A stretch of 64,000 nt of DNA from Gammaproteobacteria bacterium (GTDB lineage: Bacteria; Pseudomonadota; Gammaproteobacteria; Eutrophobiales; Eutrophobiaceae). The translations under genes and the position numbers were made by a program. The notes under the pieces were generated by a model. The model did not search any database, had not been told where the DNA came from, and was given only the letters and a program-made list of their open reading frames with translations. Location of the stretch: contig OZ244890.1 of the NCBI GenBank assembly GCA_965221455.1, positions 415,623 to 479,622 of the forward strand, written 5' to 3'. This document shows positions 59,078 to 64,000 of this stretch, one piece after another. How positions within the stretch are numbered: position 1 is the first letter of the stretch; every line of letters begins with the position of its first letter.

Positions 59078-60734
59078 TCACATTGGTTTTGAGCGGTGTT
59101 ACACGAGTTAACTGGTCAGGGAGTTTTACACCCTGATTACGTAAAGTATTCGTACGTGTCACCACAGTCGCACCATAAAGAATATTCATGGCGACTGTAT
59201 CAACCGTTCTATTGGTCGGCTCTGCCAACCAGGAATCCTTGCTCCATTCATTGAATGCACCCATCGAGGGACCACACCAAACCTGGTAATCCACTTGTCT
59301 TGATTCTTCGCCTGAGTTGGCCCATCGTGACGAGAGTCCCAGGTACCAGCGGAAGATCAGTGCCATTTTATGTTTAGGGTCTTGATCGGCTTTAATAATT
59401 TGTTCCGGATCACGTTCATCGAAAAAATCTCGCGTCAGTTGCCAAATGTCTGTCAGGGGTGCCTTGAAAATTGTTCCTTCCAATGAGTTCCTTTCTTTTT
59501 CCGGAATAGCATCAATGGAATCGTGGGTCTGATAGAGTTCATAAAGTTTGTTACCACGCATGGCAAACATGGTGCCGCGTTTTAGGACTTGTAACTTCAC
59601 ACCCATTTCAAACATATCAACCGCAGGTGCCATTATGACATCGGCTTGTTGTGCGTCGGCCAACATTCTGCGCACGATGTCACTGCTACCTGATTCAACG
59701 CAGGCTTGATTGACCGTGCCGGTAACAATGTACGCAGCCCCCATCGAAAAAGCCGCCGCCGCAGATGCCGGCGTCGCGATACCGCCTGCAGCTCCGACTC
59801 TGAGTGGTTTAGCGTAATTGAATTCTTTTTGTAAACGATCACGCAGTGCCATCATGGTCGGTAATAACGTAATTGCAGGTCGGTTATCGGTATGCCCTCC
59901 GGAATCCGCTTCTACTGTAAGATCCTGTGCCATTGGTATTTGCGCAGCAAGCGATGCCTGTTCTTCCGTAATGTCTCCGGACGCAACCAATTGTAACAAC
60001 ATTTCTTCCGGCGGTGGGCTGAACCATTTGCTGGCAATTTCAACACGAGAGGCTTTGGCAATAATTTTGTTTGGGGTTTCTATATCGCCGGATGTGTTTC
60101 TGTGAATATCATGAACACGATAACGAACAGTGGGTAAAGTGAGTTTCATGTAGGCTGATGTTTCAATAAGCCGGATCCCATACTTCAGATACAGGGAAAC
60201 AACAGCGTCTTCGTGTCCCTTTTCATTAGGGGAAAAAATAAGGTTTAAACAATAAGGCTTTGGCGATACAGTTTCTGTGAGATATTGCACTGCTTTTTCA
60301 ATTTCACTGAGCGTCAAACCTGCCGCACCGAAAGAAGCCAATAACTTTGCATTTGCTGCTGCTTCAACGAGTTTGGTCGAGGCGATCCCGTTCGCCATGG
60401 AACCACACATATAGGGGAAACGTAGATGATGATCTTCACAAAAGCTGACATCACCCAATTGACGCGGTGAACTGGCAGGAGAAAATCCAGTTAATGACAG
60501 GCCGTCTGAATCAATTCGTCCGCCGATGTTTATTTGGCCTTGCTGGCTTACCATAAGCTGTTGGTTTTGATCTTGTAATACATAAATAGCCTGGCTCAAA
60601 TTACCAATAGCCTTGCGTATGTCTGTGTCTTGCTTGATAAGTGTTGAGGTATCGCCAAACCAATAACCCAACGCTGCATTTGTCCTGCTGATAGCCTTGT
60701 TTTTTGCCAGTGGTATTTGTGTTATTTGAGTCAT
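59058..60734 (-). CDS. PfaD-type enoyl reductase (FMN-dependent, 2-nitropropane dioxygenase/FabK-like TIM barrel)
   Basis: The conserved AAGGIATPASAAAAFSMGAAYIVTGTVNQACVESGSS segment is present. The start is taken at 60734 (MTQITQIPL), which has an RBS aggaa; the ORF finder gives 60788. Confidence 0.8.
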   Translation of the reverse strand: MTQITQIPLAKNKAISRTNAALGYWFGDTSTLIKQDTDIRKAIGNLSQAIYVLQDQNQQLMVSQQGQINIGGRIDSDGLSLTGFSPASSPRQLGDVSFCEDHHLRFPYMCGSMANGIASTKLVEAAANAKLLASFGAAGLTLSEIEKAVQYLTETVSPKPYCLNLIFSPNEKGHEDAVVSLYLKYGIRLIETSAYMKLTLPTVRYRVHDIHRNTSGDIETPNKIIAKASRVEIASKWFSPPPEEMLLQLVASGDITEEQASLAAQIPMAQDLTVEADSGGHTDNRPAITLLPTMMALRDRLQKEFNYAKPLRVGAAGGIATPASAAAAFSMGAAYIVTGTVNQACVESGSSDIVRRMLADAQQADVIMAPAVDMFEMGVKLQVLKRGTMFAMRGNKLYELYQTHDSIDAIPEKERNSLEGTIFKAPLTDIWQLTRDFFDERDPEQIIKADQDPKHKMALIFRWYLGLSSRWANSGEESRQVDYQVWCGPSMGAFNEWSKDSWLAEPTNRTVDTVAMNILYGATVVTRTNTLRNQGVKLPDQLTRVTPLKTNVIEQNLS

Positions 60735-60943
60735 CTTGATATTCCTGCGAAACTTAAATACATTCCTCCCCAAAACCGGATAAATCAAGGATCTGGTAAA
60801 GAAACCGGGTCGACCATTATATATGAATTTACCCTGGCAGAGGCGCTCTTCAGCAGTCTTAATCCGCAGGCGGAAACAAGTTCCATCCCAAAACTCCAGT
60901 GTAATGAGGATGTTATTTATTAGTTGTTGATTAATATAATAAG

Positions 60944-61789
60944 TTATTTTTCCGCGACAATATAAGCGATCCAGCCAGCATCAGCTTCGCCTACGGTCGA
61001 AGCAGTAAAGATTCCATCGCCCTCGTTTGTGTCTTCGTCTGTTCCTTCCCAGTATACGGTTGCCTTGAAACCCGCTTCAGTCAGCATTTCAGTGAGTTCA
61101 GGTAAACTCCACAATCGCCACCCATAAGTGAAAGCCTTGTTTATTTTCGAGCCATCCCTGAATTTGAAATGAATATGACAGACACAATGTCCGGTGACGG
61201 GGTTATAGCTTGCCTGATCCCAAATATAGGTAAATTTGTCGTGCTCGGTGGATTCCTTCATTTCCTGATAGGCTTCATAGCCACCAAACGCATCAAGAAA
61301 CAGGATCCCGTCATCAAACAAACTGTCATGAATTTTTTTGAAATATTGAATCATGACCGGGCGCTCTTTAAAAAACCAGTAACTGAAATTCATCGCCAAT
61401 ATGATATCCACCTTGCCGGTATCTACCGATATAACATCGCTATTAACGAGTGTGATACGTTGAATTTGCTCCCCGGTTAATTTACTGACCTTGTGTTCTT
61501 GCCCCCACGCCAATACTTTTTCGTCTAAATCGACGGCAATGGCTTTATTTGTTTCACGACGACGAACCCACTCGCAAGAGGTATTTGCAGTACCGCAAAA
61601 ATCTTCTCTAAGAACCCCGGCCTTGCGACCTCTCAGCTTTTGAAATGTTTCATCAACAAAATCAATTTCGGATTCGACACACTGTACGGACTTCTCATAA
61701 AGAACATTAACATCGGCTTTATCCGCCATTGTTTTCCCATTGCCGGATTTTTGATGTTTATTGAAACGATGCTTTTTCTTATGTGCCAT
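60944..61789 (-). CDS. class I SAM-dependent methyltransferase
   Basis: Motif I (LREDFCGTA) and motif II (AIAVDLDEKVL) are present. The N-terminus is Lys-rich. The gene is on the same strand as the PfaD/PfaA-like genes, 155 nt upstream of them. Confidence 0.6.
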   Translation of the reverse strand: MAHKKKHRFNKHQKSGNGKTMADKADVNVLYEKSVQCVESEIDFVDETFQKLRGRKAGVLREDFCGTANTSCEWVRRRETNKAIAVDLDEKVLAWGQEHKVSKLTGEQIQRITLVNSDVISVDTGKVDIILAMNFSYWFFKERPVMIQYFKKIHDSLFDDGILFLDAFGGYEAYQEMKESTEHDKFTYIWDQASYNPVTGHCVCHIHFKFRDGSKINKAFTYGWRLWSLPELTEMLTEAGFKATVYWEGTDEDTNEGDGIFTASTVGEADAGWIAYIVAEK

Positions 61790-61921
61790 GATCCACGAGC
61801 CGACGCTGTTTGATTGTTATATTTATTCGAAATCGCGGGGATTATAAACTTTTAGGCACATTGAACAATAGCTTGCCAGGCCAGTCCAACCTCGCATTGT
61901 TATTTATTTTGGCATGGTCAA

Positions 61922-62671
61922 ATGTTTAAATTTACACTACTGTTCCTTGCACTCGTCTTTTACACGGATGCCTCAGTTCAAGCTGAAGTGATTATTACCA
62001 GTCCCAATACCCGCGTAAATTTACTTGAACTATATACCTCTGAAGGTTGTAGCAGTTGTCCACCGGCTGATATATGGGTAAGCAAACTCAAATTACATCC
62101 GGGTTTATGGAAATCAATCGTGCCCGTGGTTTTCCACGTCGACTATTGGAATTACATCGGCTGGAAGGACAGGTTCTCATCAGCAGAGTATTCATCCCGA
62201 CAACGTGGTTACGCACGATCAAAAAAATTGCAAACAGTTTACACGCCCGGGTTTCTACTCAATGGTCAAGAGTGGCGATCTTTTTTCGGTTTAAAAAAAC
62301 CGCCGGCCAAATCAAATGAACAGGTCGGTTCTCTGGAATTGATAGTAAACAACAGAGAAGTTGCAACTGTTTTTATGCCTGCTGGAGGATTGGATGAATC
62401 AGGGTATGTATTAAATATTGCGGTACTGGGTTTGGGTATCAAGACTGATGTGAAAGCCGGAGAGAATATTAACAAGGAGCTAAAACATGATTTCACGGTA
62501 TTGGGGTACAAGAAGATTTCCATGAACAGGAATGATTCCGGGCATACGATCAAAACCGGACTTCCGGATATCGTGGAAACAGCACCAAAAATGGCGGTAT
62601 CTGCCTGGGTGAATAAATACGATGATCCAACACCGATTCAGGCTGCAGGTGGTTGGCTGGAAAAAGATTGA
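61922..62671 (+). CDS. DUF1223-family secreted protein (thioredoxin-like)
   Basis: A signal peptide precedes the DUF1223 signature LELYTSEGCSSCPPAD. Confidence 0.65.
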   Translation: MFKFTLLFLALVFYTDASVQAEVIITSPNTRVNLLELYTSEGCSSCPPADIWVSKLKLHPGLWKSIVPVVFHVDYWNYIGWKDRFSSAEYSSRQRGYARSKKLQTVYTPGFLLNGQEWRSFFGLKKPPAKSNEQVGSLELIVNNREVATVFMPAGGLDESGYVLNIAVLGLGIKTDVKAGENINKELKHDFTVLGYKKISMNRNDSGHTIKTGLPDIVETAPKMAVSAWVNKYDDPTPIQAAGGWLEKD

Positions 62672-62758
62672 GATTGCTCTTGCGCTTCACGGTGTTTCAA
62701 ATCAGCGCGTTTCCGGATTCTTTTGATAGATCCTCGTTATAGACATTGAAGAAATAAT

Positions 62759-62777
62759 CCGCACATCTCATGTGCGG
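62759..62777. terminator. hairpin ccgcacat-ctc-atgtgcgg between convergent genes (likely ilvA terminator)
   Basis: The stem is a perfect 8 bp. On the minus strand the hairpin is followed by a T-rich run (attatttcttc). Confidence 0.5.
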
Positions 62778-62929
62778 CAGCCTGATAATCCTCTATTTTC
62801 TTCGCCAGGGCACGGTGCCGTTTTATCTGTCCAGGGCAATATTTTACAGCGTTCTAATGTGATCCATTATAGCCTCGCCCGACTCATCACATTTATGTAG
62901 TCGTCACAATGATAAACATCACCAGGCCG

Positions 62930-64000
62930 CTAACTCAGGAATATCTCATAAGCAGCATTATCCCTCTCATCCCAATACTGTATCCCCAATCCATCCAGAA
63001 ACTCCTGGAATTCGGGACGTTCTTCAACAGGCACCTGAATCCCCATCAACACGCGCCCATAGGCAGCGCCATGGTTGCGATAATGAAACAGACTGATATT
63101 CCAGCGTTCACCCATTTTTCCGAGAAAATGCAAAAGGGCACCTGAACGCTCTGGAAATTCAAAACGATAAAGTAATTCGTTGTCTACCTGCATCGTATGG
63201 CCACCGACCATATAACGCACGTGCATCTTTGCGACCTCATCATTACTGAGATCGACGACTTCATAGCCCTTGTCCTGCAAACTGTTAATCAAGTTGTCCT
63301 TTTCCCCGATACCATGGCGTAACTGCAGGCCCACAAACACATGAGCGGTTTTTGCATCACTGTAGCGATAGTTAAACTCAGTAATTAATCCTGGACCCAA
63401 ATCACGACAATACTCAAGAAAGCTACCGGGCTTTTCCGGAATTGTCGTGCTGATAAGCGCCTCCCTGTTTTCCCCTAAAGCAGCCAGCTCCGCAATATGA
63501 CGCAGGCGATCAAAATTCACATTGGCACCACTGAAGATCGCCACCAGTTCTTTATTTGTAATGCCTGCTCTGGCGACATATTGTTTGAGTCCGGCCAAAG
63601 CCAGGGCCCCCGCCGGTTCCGGAATCGAACGGGTATCTTCGAAAATATCCTTGATGGCGGCACAGATTTCATCAACATTGACCAACAGGATTTCATCAAC
63701 AACATCCTTGATAAGTCGAAACGGCTCGGCACCAGCCCGACGCACAGCCGCACCATCGGCAAATATGCCAATATGTTCCAATTCAACAAGCTCTCCTGCT
63801 GCGAGTGCTGCGTGCATACAGGGGGCTTCGTCAGGCTCAACGCCGATAATGGTGATATCCGGCGCAACATCCTGCATATGAGCAACAATACCCGCAATCA
63901 GTCCACCACCACCCACGGGTACAAAAATAACATCCGGTTGCGTCGGATGTTGCTCTAATATTTCAACGGCGACCGTGGCTTGTCCGGCAATCACCACAGG
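62930..64000 (-). CDS. ilvA: threonine dehydratase (biosynthetic), partial; N-terminus lies beyond the window end
   Basis: The fragment contains a PLP-fold region (VIFVPVGGGGLIAGIVAHM) and two C-terminal ACT-like regulatory repeats. The ORF runs off the end of the window. Confidence 0.85.
   Translation of the reverse strand, partial: PVVIAGQATVAVEILEQHPTQPDVIFVPVGGGGLIAGIVAHMQDVAPDITIIGVEPDEAPCMHAALAAGELVELEHIGIFADGAAVRRAGAEPFRLIKDVVDEILLVNVDEICAAIKDIFEDTRSIPEPAGALALAGLKQYVARAGITNKELVAIFSGANVNFDRLRHIAELAALGENREALISTTIPEKPGSFLEYCRDLGPGLITEFNYRYSDAKTAHVFVGLQLRHGIGEKDNLINSLQDKGYEVVDLSNDEVAKMHVRYMVGGHTMQVDNELLYRFEFPERSGALLHFLGKMGERWNISLFHYRNHGAAYGRVLMGIQVPVEERPEFQEFLDGLGIQYWDERDNAAYEIFLS

Overview
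This is a 64 kb window from an AT-rich (roughly 40% GC) gammaproteobacterial-type chromosome, mostly coding and mostly on the minus strand. Housekeeping genes are scattered through it (ssb, zapE, folD, partial ilvA, and a cysI-like sulfite reductase with its DUF934 partner).

The centre is a nitrogen/C1 amine-catabolism region with three parts:
- A complete N-methylglutamate-pathway-like gene set at 19.2-32.2 kb: gmaS-like type III glutamine synthetase, a three-subunit split glutamate-synthase-like N-methylglutamate synthase (mgsABC-like), and a heterotetrameric sarcosine-oxidase-like dehydrogenase (mgdABCD/soxBDAG-like).
- An Amt-family (methyl)ammonium transporter next to it.
- A second, paralogous GS-like/split-GOGAT-like module at 37.3-43.9 kb, with its own PuuR-like XRE-cupin regulator, an embedded standalone LuxR-type HTH gene and a divergent class I glutamine amidotransferase.

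The window also contains a two-gene PUFA-synthase-like secondary lipid locus (PfaD-type enoyl reductase plus a PfaA-like KS-AT-ACPx3-KR-DH megasynthase, 52.4-60.7 kb) with an adjacent SAM-methyltransferase.

Signs of genome decay and mobile DNA are frequent:
- one intact IS3-family element with terminal inverted repeats and an A7 -1 frameshift site;
- a degraded second IS3 element;
- a family of short palindromic repeats with covarying stems, plus two 204-bp direct repeats;
- an eroded pyruvate kinase pseudogene;
- transporter fragments;
- a truncated etfB/fixA N-terminus.

A roughly 4 kb high-GC island (47.4-51.7 kb) encodes a 1193-aa Thr/Gly/Asn-rich secreted repeat protein ending in two near-identical dockerin-like Ca-binding repeats, preceded by an octanucleotide simple-sequence repeat.

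No rRNA, tRNA or CRISPR array could be recognised by eye.
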